64,000 nt of DNA from Amphiscolops sp. MND2022. Taxonomy: Eukaryota. The translations under genes and the position numbers were made by a program. The notes under the pieces were generated by a model. It worked only from the letters and a program-made list of their open reading frames with translations. It ran no database searches and was not told where the DNA came from. Shown piece after piece: positions 50,135 to 63,289 of the stretch. Position 1 is the first letter of the stretch. Each line of letters begins with the position of its first letter. Location: positions 43,526,001-43,590,000 of the forward strand of contig OZ076413.1 in NCBI GenBank assembly GCA_964187785.1, in the 5' to 3' direction.

Positions 50135-50200
50135 GGGAGGGTCCTACATGGTTTTTGGGAGGGTCCTACATGGTTTTTGGGAGGGTCCTACATGGTTTTT
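50135..50200 (+). repeat. 22-bp perfect tandem repeat x3 (GGGAGGGTCCTACATGGTTTTT)
   Basis: Directly visible. Confidence 0.9.
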
Positions 50201-50778
50201 ATTGCTTTACTCAAGCATTGCCGGCTTCCTTCTAGCTGAATTTCTGTGTTTCCTGCGTAGTTTCGTGATCTGGAACGAGAATTATACGTTTCCTAGCAAA
50301 GTACCTTTTTGACCTTTTTTGTACCTGTTGAAATTGGATATCCGGCTTCACCGGATTTTGTTTTAAAGGGTTCTAAAGGATCGTTTCAGCCTTTTGGCAA
50401 TATATGGGAACTATCAGGATGCGGAATGAAAGTCCACACTAGCTGTGACGAAGTGGTGACGCCTTTCGACCCTCTGATTGCCGATAATACGACCCACGAA
50501 TCGTCTTAGTTACCTTGTCCCCTTTTGTTTAGCAGCTTTAAGGCTTTTTCTCAGGCCTACCCTCACCAGTACTAGCTAAGAAAAATACCCACGTGATATT
50601 TTGATTGTTGTCTGAGAAAATATAGAGAGCTAGCTACAACACCTCACATAGCTCGATTTTCGACTTTGTCACTTTCGAAAAGTAAACTTTTTCAGAGGAT
50701 GGTACAACCAGTGGGAATAAAAAACGTTCCGTCAAACCTATCAGGTCAGCAACCGAAAGGTTTGGTTGGCTAAACTGC

Positions 50779-51300
50779 AACAAGACGGGGACGTCTTAAG
50801 TCGGCGCCATATCTAAGTTTCAAAATGCTCAAATTTTTTGAAATTATAGAAGAGGGGACCCTTTGGGTTTTCTGAAAAAAAAACAAAACACGAAAAATAA
50901 GAATTTTGAGCCAGTCTCGTAGTGCCGAAAAACTGAAAGGGGAGAACCTTTGGTCTTCTTGAAACTTCAATTTGCTGTAAAATATCAAAAAACTTGAAAG
51001 GGGGACCCTCTGGCGGCAAAAAAATTCGAAAAAAAGTCGCACAGTGCCGAAAAAACTGAAACCCTGTAGTCTCGTCCAGTTTTGTCTTACGATAAAAATG
51101 GAGTAACTGAAAGGGGAACCCTTTGCACTATCCTAAATGCGCTCTCCATTTGCCTTTGCCGGTCCAGTAGTATAGTACTGTATTTAGTAGTTGGCAGTTG
51201 AACGTTAATTTTAATGTTCGTCGCTTCGAGTATGTCTTAAAGAAAAAACGAGTGACTGTAATAGTCGGGCTCTTTTATTTATAAAAGCGCCGACTAAAAA
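50779..51300 (-). mobile_element. HINE, same family as 28506-28980
   Basis: AACAAGACGGGGACGTCTTAAGTCGGCGCC ... GCGCCGACTAAAAA; shared 3' body (GTCCAGTAGT...GTTCGTCGCTTCGAG). Confidence 0.8.
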
Positions 51301-54300
51301 CATTGGAAAATTTAGCGATGTTTTTTTTTAAAAAAAACCCCCAAATTTGGCCTTTACGACCACCACGTTTCGTGACGGCGAAGCATTGGGTGTGGTGTTT
51401 CCTCCCGAGCTTTTTGAGTAGCCCAAAAACATTTTTCCCAAGCTTGATAGATCGAATTACTACTGCGAAGACAATGTAATATGAAATTTTATTAGTGCTT
51501 TGTTTTGATATACATATACCTGAGTAGAGGACGCCATAGACCTGAGATATATAACATCAAAAAAAATAAAAATAATTATTTAAACAGCCCCAGCCCCTGA
51601 ATAAAGTTTAAATTGTAACACCTTCTTACACTATTGTTAAGACAACACGCAACGTTTGAAAACAGAGAAACAAAAACTGCTTGGGTAAAAAACGTATTTT
51701 CAGTACTGTTGCGTGAGTGTAAGAAGTGCAATCTGAAAATGTTTGAGAGACCCTATTTGAATCATCCCAGGTTCAACCATGCGATTGCTTATTTTTTGTT
51801 AGTAGGGATCATAATAATGCAAACGTTGCAAAACCATTTGCTCGTCTATTTTCTGTTAGTATAGAAGATAACGTTGCAAACGCAGAAAACCACGAGTAAT
51901 TCCAACCAGTCGTTGCCGAGAAATAGCCAAAATCGTGGTATTTATGCGACAGTTTTGGAACATTGGAGTACCGTTTCTGAGACAGATCAAAATCGCTCCG
52001 AATAGAAGCAGCCGAAAACGGATTGTATCATCTTGTAGACCTCAAAACGTTACTTTGTTGGTATAGTTTTTGTAGCGCTAGCACTACTAGTGATTGAGAA
52101 ATCTTAGCCGCAGTATCGCTCAAAAAACATGTGAAAAACTTGAAAAAATTGAATCTTAGTAGAGAATAGTGATATTACCCCCGGGATACCCAGCATTTTC
52201 ACACGCACGGAACTGAATTCTGACGATTTGTGCATTTTGAGCAATCTAACTTGGATAAATCGACATTTTTGTGAAATTAGACCCGAAAAGTGATACAAAG
52301 GGTACATCCTAGTTTTGTCAACTCGGATTGCTGAATATCAACATAGGCACTCAACCAATTTGTGTTTTTGTTAGGTGGGTCTATATGTTAATAATTTTGT
52401 TACAAGATTTCAGATAGCTAGGACTCCTGGAAGGCGAGATTGACGAACTTGTGTGAATTTTACAACATAGTCGATTTTTGTGACAACATTGTCAAGTGAC
52501 CGCAAATCACGCACAGTCAATTTAAACGCCATCAGTTGTAACTTTCCCACGAATCAGCCAGCGTAGTGTTTTGCGAGAAATTTTTTGGTTGCTAGTAACT
52601 CTAGAAATGATTTTCAGCTGTCACATACGTGCATTTTGACAAAAATATCCGCTGATTTTGTGGACTTTTGCAAAAAAATTACATACTTAGTGCAGTCACA
52701 ACTGAGGGCTCAAACGACCTTAGTACTAAACCAGTCACCCGAGCTATGTCCTTTTGAAACACTTTTAGCAGAGCTAAATCGACCCTACGATCTTGGGTCT
52801 GTTGAGAAACAGCTTTTTGAGACGTAGTAGGGAAAACTTTTGAATGTTTTTTTCTCTCAAGAGCTGTCAAAGTCGTTCCAGTGCTACCTATCAGTTGAGA
52901 TCACGCATACTCTAATCTAAGAGTGTCGTGCAAGAGCCAATACGCGTATGCAGGCACTTTCGGAGATCTAGACTTGATACGCAGCGCGCCTCGAAACAGA
53001 ACATCAAGTACAGTAGCAAATTTCTTTGTGTGTTGAATACTGTGGTTCTTGTGATCGTATTACGGTCAGAATAGCAGCAATTTATCTTTATTAGGTGCCG
53101 TAGCATCTACTCACCCCAAGGTCTTTTCCAGTTCCCTTTTCCGCATCAACCCTCCCTACCTGAAGAGCAGTGCAAGTAACGCAGAATACGTTAAAAGCTC
53201 AAAGAGCAGTGATTACTACCCCAATCACTGTAGAACTTGTTGAAAGCGCTGAAACTTTTTTTGTTAGCACCAACCGCATAGCCTTCTGGCGGATAAACCG
53301 TAGATTAGAGTACAGTTGACCGTAGTAATTTTTCATGGTTAGACTTCAAAAAGAAGAAAAGAAGTGAACTTTGCATAGAAAAAGTCTGCAATTAAGTAGA
53401 GAATTAGCTTTTTTGCTTTGATTAGTGGTAGTTAGCACCCTTGTATGTAGTCCAGAAGCTGTAATTTTCAAGCCAACTACTTTTGATTCAGAACTTAGGA
53501 GAGCAATCATGAGCTACCAGCTCTAAACAGGAGTTGTACCTTTGTTTAGTTTTAATAGTAGAAAGGGATTACACCCAAAAGTTCCTTTTATTTATCTATA
53601 TGTGAAATTTTCACAAAGGACGGAGTGAGTGAGTGTAGAAGCAGAGAAAAATACATTAGTTCTCTGAGATTAAGGATCGCGTTCGAAACAGATAATGATC
53701 GTACACCAGTGAATCTATCAGTTACTTAGAAGAGGCAGCATTTGAATCGACAATTTCCATGCCACCAATCCATTTGCGAACAACGTGGAACTGCGCGGAG
53801 AAATTAGAACGTCGTAGACTATATCTTAGCTAGAATTTTTTCAGACGCCATGTCAGAAAACTCAGTGATTCTTGAACAAGATGCTGAAGTCTCGCAAGAA
53901 ACTACAAAGGGAGTCATTGACAGCCTCTCCGGATAGTGCTAATCCTGCAGATGGCACTGCCAATCACCCCAAGTACACGTGGCATCCTTTGGATGCCCCC
54001 ATTAATGCTTTGGAAGACTGGCCGAACGCAAACGGAGAACAAGCTGCTAACTCCAAAATCGATGAGCTGGTAAATAACATAAATCTAGTTGAAAGTTTAT
54101 GGAATCACACAAGAATGTTGTTTAGGCACGGACCCGCTGGGATCCGCAGTTCCAGTATTCAGTGCTAAAGGAACTCAATTCGTAGGCCTCACAGTGACTC
54201 CTTTTGTTAATCAGTCAGGAAAGCGAAAGACAATGAAGGAAGTGAATCCCCTGACTTCTACCTCGAAGGTGATACCACAACTGGTTCCTACGGTAGACCT

Positions 54301-55109
54301 AAAAGAGCGGTCGGAAAAATTTCGTGACTCCAGGTTGGATATTGCTGCAGATTCGACAATCACGAGAGGTAGCAATGCGTTCGAAGTGATAAAGTAAGAC
54401 TTCCGTCAGAGCTTGGCGTATTGAAGCAAGTACAGACTACGTTGAAACAAGAGAACAATGACCATGCCCAGCAAGCTGAAAACATGATGAAAGAAGTGGA
54501 CGAGATGCGGAAATGTCTCATAGTGATGAAAATAGAGGGACGCATCAGCCAAGGCAAATTGGAATCTTCAATTGCATCGATCCATGGTTTGATCAGACAC
54601 CGAGAAACCTTGACCGACAGACGCCACTCATGAAAGAGTGAAACCGTCAAGCTAACGATCGCATGAAAAATGTTTCGGATGTGATGCAACGACGCGATGC
54701 TGATGTCAACAATCGAATGATGGAACTGATGGCAACGGTCAGGGACCTCACCCTTGAGTGAAGGCGGTTGTTACACAACCTGGGGTGCCACCTAGCTTCC
54801 CTCCCTCCCTCTATGTGTTCTGCATCTATCCAGGTGAATGCTACATCAACAAATGCTTTTCATCCGCCACGGCAAGGATTCAAGAAAGTAGTTCCACAAC
54901 CCTCGACTGGACCATCAGTCGAGTATAGCAAACAGTTAAGTTACAACCACCGGCGAAGTTCAAAAAAGAGCCACATAAAGGAAATCAAGTCCCAAGAGCC
55001 CGACAAACTGAATTGAGGTACTGTATTGTGTCTGGCCAGCCATCGTTTAACTCCTACGCCAGAAGTGCTTCGACAGCTGGAGGCTCGCTCAATGGCCAGT
55101 GGCCTGATG

Positions 55110-55202
55110 AGTGGCAACACGCAGTACCGAACGGCGAGTGGCAACACGGAGTTCCAAACAGCGCGTGGCAACACGAAGTACCAAACAGCATTGGCAACAC
55201 GG
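55110..55202 (+). repeat. 27-bp (9-aa) tandem repeat within gag, ~3.5 copies
   Basis: GTGGCAACACGNAGTWCCRAACRGC recurs (SGNTQYRTA / SGNTEFQTA / RGNTKYQTA). Confidence 0.8.
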
Positions 55203-58200
55203 AAAACAAAACGGCACCTGAAGGCATGGAATATCACACAGCACACTCTACAGAGCAAAAACGAAGCTCCCCGCTTCATTGTCCTTTGAAGGATTGAGCC
55301 CAACAACCACTGCAACAGCAAGTCAACTCCTGCCACACAAATCTCGATGTCGAATGGACATGCCCCTCACGCCCACAAGGCATAAACAACGACAACTTGC
55401 ATGCGGCCCTGCCAATGCAAGGTACGGTTACGTTCTGCATCAACTGCGGCCAATTGGGCCACGCGGCATCCGAGTGCATGACGCCCAAAAATGCAAAAAA
55501 CAGAGGTTCCCGTAGGAGCGGCGTGGTGTGCCCCAAAGACAACTTCAGCAGAACCCACTGACACTGAAGACCAAAATAGGGTGATATGGATAGCGAAAGC
55601 AGGAGGCCTTTCACATCCTATAGTCGTGACTTGTTGGCGAAACAGATCCTCACAATGCTTGAAGCCCCGGCTCTTAACTGTACCGAGACTAATTTCGAGT
55701 CACTTGCTGCTGTCCCAATTTACCTTTGCACCAATTGAAAGAGGAACTTTGGCGGAACGCAGATCCTAAGGTAACATCCAGATCGTTACCACACTTCACA
55801 AGGAAAGATGTGACAAATCTTGCACAAGGACAAAAAGTTAAGACCAAGGCGCCACTCGCCACAGCAATCAACGTCGACCGCGTCGATATGAAGTTCGCCG
55901 CGATTGTTGTCTTAGAAGGACACTTTCTGCAGGGCTTGTACCTGGGCAGGCAAGAACTGCGCTGCGACAATATAGGAGTACAGGATGGACAAGAAGATGC
56001 TCAGATTGATGAGAGAACATCATCGTTTGTTGCGTTCGGTACTACCCTACAAAAGGCGATACATTTATTTGGCATGAAAGACACCGATCCGGAGTCTCTA
56101 TTCTTTCACTTGGTGCATATCAGAAAATCGCATCCTCAAATCCAAAAGACATCAAGCTGTATGCTGCCAATGGCAAGAGCATCAACACGGTCGATATTGC
56201 CAAGATAAAGTAAGCTACCAGCTAGGCGGGCATCCCCTGAAGACCAATTTTGTCGTCCTTGCTGACCACCTAGGCTCCGAGGACTTTCTCCTGTGTCGCA
56301 ATTTCGTGCGTGCGTACCACGTGCTGGTGGACCTTACTGTCATGAGAGTAACCATCCGAGACGACCATAAATCATCTAGGACCTTCAAACAAGTCCATGA
56401 GAAACTTCATTTGTCGTTTTAGCTGAGAAAGTTGTTCTGGGGCCTTTTGAGAGAAAAGTGGTGCGTGCAAAAATCATAACGGAGCAGCCGATGAGTTTCA
56501 CTTTCATAACGTACTGGTGCACACTCATAACATAACGATTGACTCACCGTTTGTTTTAGAAGGTACACTAACTTCTGTGGGAGAAGACGGTGTAGTATAC
56601 TTAGCCCTCAGAAACCAAACTTCAAAAGAGAGGGTAAGAGTAAAGGTACAAAGAGCAGCCGGTAAAGCGGTGCTTGCCAGTTTTGTGTTGAACAGTGTTT
56701 ATGTTGAAGACAATATCGAAGCTACGAAGCTTCTAATTGAATTCGTAAACAAAGCGCATGAGGAATTGAATTTAGATGATACTAGTTCCTTTGCACGAAA
56801 CCTAGTTCTTTTGTCTTCAACTGAGATGTCCGAAAAATGGGAACCGTAAAAGGACAAATCCAAAACTGTTAAAACCAACTCCCGGTCCCGACTTCTCTTC
56901 CGTCCTTTGTTTTTGGAGAGAAGAAGCGAAAGAGAAGTTAGCGGGTATCTTAAAGGAGTACGAACACGTTTTCACGGAAAACAAAGCTGAGATAGGAAAA
57001 TGTAACATCGCGAAACAGCGCATAGAGCAGAGCCGGCGGCAAAACCACCCGCGAAAGAGCTAGGTGAAAGTGCCACGATAACGCGGCGAAAGCCAATCAG
57101 GAGGTGCAAATCTTGCCAGCATTTGGTCTGATATAACTCCCCTACTCGTCGAGGGCTACTGGGATAGTCATGGTACAGACGAAAACTGGCTCCGCTAAAA
57201 GATGTGACGGTGAAGGATGCTTTTCCTCTGTCTAGAATAGATGAGAGCCTCTCCAGAATTGAGAATGCAAAGGTTTTCACTGGCATCAATCTAGCGTGGT
57301 ACTTTTGGCAGATTCTGCTTAAAAAGCGTGATCGCAGAAAAACTGCGTTCGCGTGTGAGCTTGGCCTATTCGAGTGGCGGCGCATTCGTTTTGGGCTATG
57401 CAAAGCATCGGCCACCTTCCAGCGAGCGATCACTGTAGCTCTGCAGAAGCTTCAACAGCGACACGGGAGCCGCTCAGAAAAAGCTTGCAGATGCACTGTA
57501 ATGGCGTCGTCATGGCATACACCGACGACATAGTTATCGCAATTGAGACAATCGAAGTCCAATTATTGAGTGTTTAAAAAGTGTTTGAGTGTCTCAGTGA
57601 GGCAGGTTTTTTAAGATATGAGCCGAGAAATGTTATTTCATGCGCACCGAAACCAATTACCTTGGACGAGTAGTTTCAGCCGAAGGCAAAAAACCAGATG
57701 CAGAAGCGGTCAGCAAGATCCAGGACTGGATGCGTCCGAGGAGCAAAGAGGAGCTGCAAAGCTTCCTCGGATTTACTAACTACTACCGAGACTTAATTCC
57801 TTTCCACGCTGCTATGGTACAACCTATTCAAGAACAGTTAAGGAAGAACCAAAACATTCACTTGAATGAGAAACGTTTGACTCAGTGAAACAGGCTTTAG
57901 CTGATGCCACAGCTTTAGCAGCGCCAAACGGAGGAGGAAGTTTTGTACTGGATACGGATACCAGTTCAGTTGCCATAGCCGGAAACCTACACTAAGAACA
58001 GGAGTACAATGGAAAAATCACCCTCGGTCTTATCGTTTATGGTAGCAAGTCACTGATTCGAACACAATTGGCTTTTTGTGCCTAGAAATCAGAATTGTAT
58101 ACACTTTTCAATTTTATCGAGAAATTCCTTCTGCACCATGCATTGCAAGTCAATAATTCACGCTTCGCGTAGATAACCAAACTCTTTCTTGGCTGAAGCA

Positions 58201-60301
58201 TATTCAATGGATCAGGCCATGATCGGACATTGAATTGCGCGTCTCGATCAATATCACTTCAAGACGATTCAAAGACCGCGCCCACGCCTTGGGAATGCAG
58301 ATGGTATTAGCAAGAGGAGTAACGATTACGTGCATAGGGAGAAAATTGTTGAAATCTTACAGAAAGTGAGCAAGGGATTCAGTTTCATGTGAAGGACTAT
58401 GAGAACAATCATGGTGCGATACATTGACAAGCATCGAAAACTCATACCGAGTCACTTGGAAGTTCCTGCCGAGGCTCGAGTACATCTGCCTTTCTTGTAA
58501 ATTAAGAAAAACGACAAAAAGAAGAACCAACACAGGATCAGTCTTTGAATTCCATACCATGGTACCCAGACAAACAATGGGAAATGACACCCACAGCAAC
58601 CGAAAATGATAGAACGAATTGTATCATCAGTATAACAATCACCGAGGTACGTCTGGCACGTATGGACACCACTGAACGTGACCCAGCGTTGCGTAGATTG
58701 CCCACGCCGTGTCAGGAACGAGCCGACGTCCTCAGGCTAGTTGGAACTGAGCTACATGGACATCAAGCAACCATACGTGATGGTAAAGACCTCCACATAC
58801 CGCAAAACCGAGATTTAAATTTACTGGCATCGAAGGAACTCATGACGAGTGAGCTATTGGACGATGTCTTGTTCCCAGAACAGTGCAAGGTTTTGCGAAG
58901 CGATACTACCACTAAAAGGAAGACTTACGGTTTATGAATCCCGACGATATTCTCTGCACGTGCGACCGTGTATGATTGTCATCCCTCAACTCTACCAACA
59001 TGAGATCTTGTACAAAGCACACGGCGAGTCAGGACATCAGGGTGTAGGTAAAGGGTTAGCAAAGAAACAAGAAAGCTACACCTTGTCAGGTATCAAGCGC
59101 GATGTAGTCAACCAAAGTAAACACTGTTTGATTTTTTCGGTCAGCAGACGAATCATCCCGCTGGGAATCCTTGCTCTCCTTTTGCAAAGCATTAACAGCA
59201 GCAGTTTTAACGATTTAGTACAATTTGATTTTCGAAACTTTGCAAGACAACAGGAAGAAAAAACGGACTACTAGTCATCACTGACTACTTTACCAAGTTC
59301 GCAGAGGCATTTCCATGTTCTCATGACAAGTACGATGGCAAGACAACAGCAAAGATAATTTTGGACAAGTGATTCGTCAGGCATGGCAGTTCTGCCAGGA
59401 TGCAGTGTGATATTGCGACCACCTTCACTGCTGAAATTGCACAATAACTGATGAAAACTTCACAAGTAACCACGGTAACGTCTACTCCTGCTCACCCAAG
59501 GGGAAATAGTCTGGTAGGACGCAAAAACCAAACATTGCTCACTTTGCTCCGAGTCAACACATCTCGCAGGATGTTGGATTGGGATGAGCAAATAGACGGA
59601 GTCTTGGGAGCCTACATTTCTACAAGACAAGCAACAAAAGTCCATCCCGCTCTCATTCATATTGAAGCGCGAGAGATTGAGTCTAAAGAAGAATTTAGTG
59701 CTCCTATTGGCGAGACAACAGGAAATCTGTGAACTTGCCGCAGGAATACGCCTAAGGCACAGCTGCGACAAAAGCAGAAATTTGACACAATTGAAAACAA
59801 AAGCACACGTTGTGTGCGACGCCGTTTGGGTTTTTTTCTGTGACATATTTCTCAAGGGTCGTACCTTCATGCCTGTCGTGGAACTCACAAGGTCACTGAC
59901 GTGTTACAAGATGGAAGGCTATACGTACTAGATACCGGCCAAACCGTTCTTTTGGAGCGCCTGAAAAAACACGTCCCCGCACCATGAGGTAAGGCACCAC
60001 ATCAACCTTTTGGGTTAGACCAGATCGTGGCCAATATTGCAGACTCGTATGTTGAGGACAGTAATGAAGAAATACCATCGGACATCTCGCGAGATTCATT
60101 ACTTCCCAATTGTCAGAGACATCATTTAAAATGGAACCACCAGGTCTGTCCCACATCGAACCAATCAAACAAGCACTCAGGCAGCCTAGGAGCAAGGAAT
60201 CCCTCGTAGGCGGTTTAGTCACTTTGGACATCCATCAGAATCTGAATCAGACCATGAGCCGGTTGTTGAACCACCAGCCGCGGAGACGCAGCAAATACTG
60301 G

Positions 60302-60902
60302 TTTTTAGTCGGCGCTTCATGAAGTAAAACGCGACTATTGTAATGACTTTTCATTTTTTCAATCCACATGAACAGACCAAAATAGTTCTTTAAAGATCTA
60401 CAAATTATTATTGCACCAAATTGCACCATTTGGAATAGCGAACTGAACCAAAAACGTTTTTCCTGTTTTTCCGCGTAACATACCATACCGGACGAGACCG
60501 AAGGGTCCCCCTTTTCAATTTTTTTTGGCACTGCGAGACTTTTTTTCGGGAATTTTTCCCCAAAGGGTCCCACCTTAAATTTTTTGATTTTTCACAACAC
60601 AATGGGTGTTTAAAAGTCCCAAAGGGTCCCCCCTTCGGCATTCAGTTTTCGGCATTGTGAGACTTTTCGAAAATTTGTTTTTCCTCCAAAGGGTCCCCCT
60701 TGAACTGCGACAAAAATGTTGACAATTTCAGAAGCGTCTCCCTTTTAGGGCGCCAGAGGCTCGCGATAGCGGGCCCCGGCGCGCCACTCGGTCCATTTTT
60801 TAAGTTTTCGATTTTCGAGGACTTGTAAATTGACACTTGGAAGTCCTTTTGCTATTTTTGAGCCTTGGATATGGCGCCGACTTGGGCCGGTCCCGGCTTG
60901 TT
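60302..60902 (+). mobile_element. HINE inserted at a TT site in the 3' coding region of the second Gypsy element
   Basis: TTTTTAGTCGGCGC...GGCGCCGACTTGGGCCGGTCCCGGCTTGTT; removal restores ETQQILV-PQLDDCEP in frame with no TSD. Confidence 0.85.
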
Positions 60903-62501
60903 CCCCAACTAGACGATTGTGAACCTTCGTTTTCAGATCAAGAGGAACTTCTACCTGAACCCACGCACAGTCTCTCACCTTTCCCATCGGGTACCTCAGC
61001 ACCATGGCTGTCTAAACCAGCACTGACGGACACGCTCCGCAACTTCCCGGTATTCAGTTTCCAAGCTGGGGACTCTGTAGGATCAGAACCCACGGTGGGA
61101 AGTGAGCCTCAGAAGGAAATTCAAGAGGAAGATCTATCATCAGATAAAGACAAAGCAAGGTCTTCTACACCACTTTCATCGATTAGAAAGTTGAAATTGT
61201 TCTCCATGATAGAGTTTACGTATACATAGCACCAGTCACAATAGTAAACGTCGTACGTACGAGAAAACCAGTCCGCAAGGTCAGTGGCTGCTTTTAAACT
61301 CGAATTTTTATCCATGGTGTAGATTGAGTTCCTAGTGTCTCAATTGAATTCATCCGTTAGAGTCTAATGTTCCTAGTGTCAGTTCCGTTTTGTCTAAGTG
61401 TACAGGTGTAAAATTCTTTTAAGACTCAATAGCAACCTGCTTTTCAGTTGTGTCCAGTTTCATTGCCCTAGTGCGGCTCTCCAATCGATCTCCAATCCTC
61501 ACATCATCAAGCAAAGGTGCTACTTGTTAACGCAGTATACTATCATTCCTTGTTTGTACACAGTTCTTTACCAACTTTACACTTTTCTTTACAATTTCAC
61601 TTTTTTCAGAGTTTAATCATTCAACTTTCCGAGCAATGTGAATCCGTCTGACAACGACAAGAGATCAACATAATAATCTTCAGATCACTGTCAGCAACTG
61701 AGGAATGGTGAAACCGTGCACAATTGTAGACGATTATGAATTCAATCATAGTGGTACCCAAAACACCATCCTCCAAACGATTGACAGCCTGTAGTATTTA
61801 TGAAACATTCCGAAGTACCAACCAGTTACAAGCGCATTCTCGTGTATGTTGTCTGAATAATATCATACGTTCCAGTCCCACGGTCGTCGGCTTTTGAAAT
61901 GCTTATTCTGCCCGACTTTCATACACTTTAATGGACGATGAATGAACTCCCGGAAACAAAGGATGAAGACAATGACTAAAATGGGTCCCCAATAACACGT
62001 CGGAGTACAATGGACTGAATGGAATCTCCTTTGTGATTTGTTTCGCTGTTTTATATGTTTTGTTTTTATTTTGGGGCTATTCATTTGGCAGTTTTTTCAG
62101 CATGCGTTGCAATGCCCTTTCAAGATCATATTGGACCCTCTTTCAGTGCTAATGTGCATTTTGTAAAACTTCCTAGTAGGTAGGTCCCACCTCGGTGCCT
62201 CCCCGCTTGAAGTCGAAAATTGAAGAATCTCGCAAAATTACTACAGTTTCTGCTAGTGCCGTGAGAGGCACCACCCAAAAAAAATCTTAACACGGAATGG
62301 AAAAAAGTGAAACGAGTTTTTAATCTAATTGATTTTATCGCTCAACACCTCAAAGATTCGCTAAAACATTGCTAAAAGATGCTAGAAAGTTCAAGTTCCA
62401 GTCAATAAGTGCTAAAATTGTCCTTATGATGTTGCTAAAACCCACAGGGTATGTAGTTTTCTCTTTCGTTTGCCGAGGACGTATCCAATAGTTTTGAGGA
62501 A

Positions 62502-63133
62502 AATTCAAAATGACCGATCTAGCAGGTACCTGAAAACAGGGGGGGAAAACAAAAAGACAGAGAGACTCAGAGAACCGAAAGGAATACCCCCAGAGACAAG
62601 AAATGATACGTCAGAGGAGAAGACAGCATTGTATTGTGCTGTCTAACCCAGAGGAAGGCCTCAGAAGACCCAAAAAAATGTAACCTTCGAAGGTTTGCTC
62701 CAAAAACCCTGAAAACTCGATGAGAGTGCAGTATGAACTGATCTTGAATAAATACATTTTGAATGTTGTTTCATTAATTGGTGATGGTACAGGATCTCCT
62801 AGTTCTTTATTTTGCACATTTTAGATACTATTCAGCTAATAGAATGTATCTTTGCTAACCACGTGTTTTGAACCTCGGGTGTATGTAGGAAGTCGCAGGA
62901 ACCTTAAATTACGTTCTTACAGGCTTGTGGCACGTGTCCGGACTTTGAGTATTCGGCACGTCGCCACGGAGCTCTAATTTGAGGAATCTCCTTAGAAGTA
63001 TGAAAAAGTCCTGTAGGAGACCTTTAGGGACTGAAAACGAATGTTTAGGGTAGCTATAGGACTCTGGTCTCCTGTCTAGGCAACTTGAGCATTGTCCCAG
63101 TTCCAGTATGTGCGTCACTAGCTTGACGTTACA
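62502..63133 (-). mobile_element. Truncated LTR element, family C: 455-bp LTR (62679-63133), PBS-like site and leader
   Basis: TGTAAC...GTTACA ends, AATAAA on the minus strand, then TTTTTTTGGGTCTTCTGAGGCC (loosely tRNA-Tyr PBS-like) and a polypyrimidine/CAG acceptor. Confidence 0.72.
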
Positions 63134-63289
63134 TAAAAATCTTGCTACCAACTAACGTTCATGAAATATTTTTCTCAACTTCAAATTTTGGTTATGGCCA
63201 AACTATCATCAAATTCAGAATAATGAGACAAAAGTTCTTGAGATTTCATAAACTTCAAAAGGTAGCATCTTTTCATTTTCAATTTCTCA

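Larger units (their letters stand above)
53850..61229 (+). pseudogene. Heavily decayed Ty3/Gypsy gag-pol, second family; LTRs not identified
   Basis: Zinc knuckle CINCGQLGHAASEC (55436-55477); protease DT(G)SGVSIL...DFLLCRNF; RT KDAFPLSRID...KTAFACELGLFEW...FGL...AYTDD; LQSFLGFTNYYR; RNase H VLDTDTS; integrase AHGESGHQG, VQFDF, HPRGNSLV. Confidence 0.92.

Noticed and set aside
52865..53440. Candidate 5' LTR and PBS for the second Gypsy element
   Set aside because: No matching 3' copy after 61229, and the PBS-like TGGTAGTTAGC is too degenerate.
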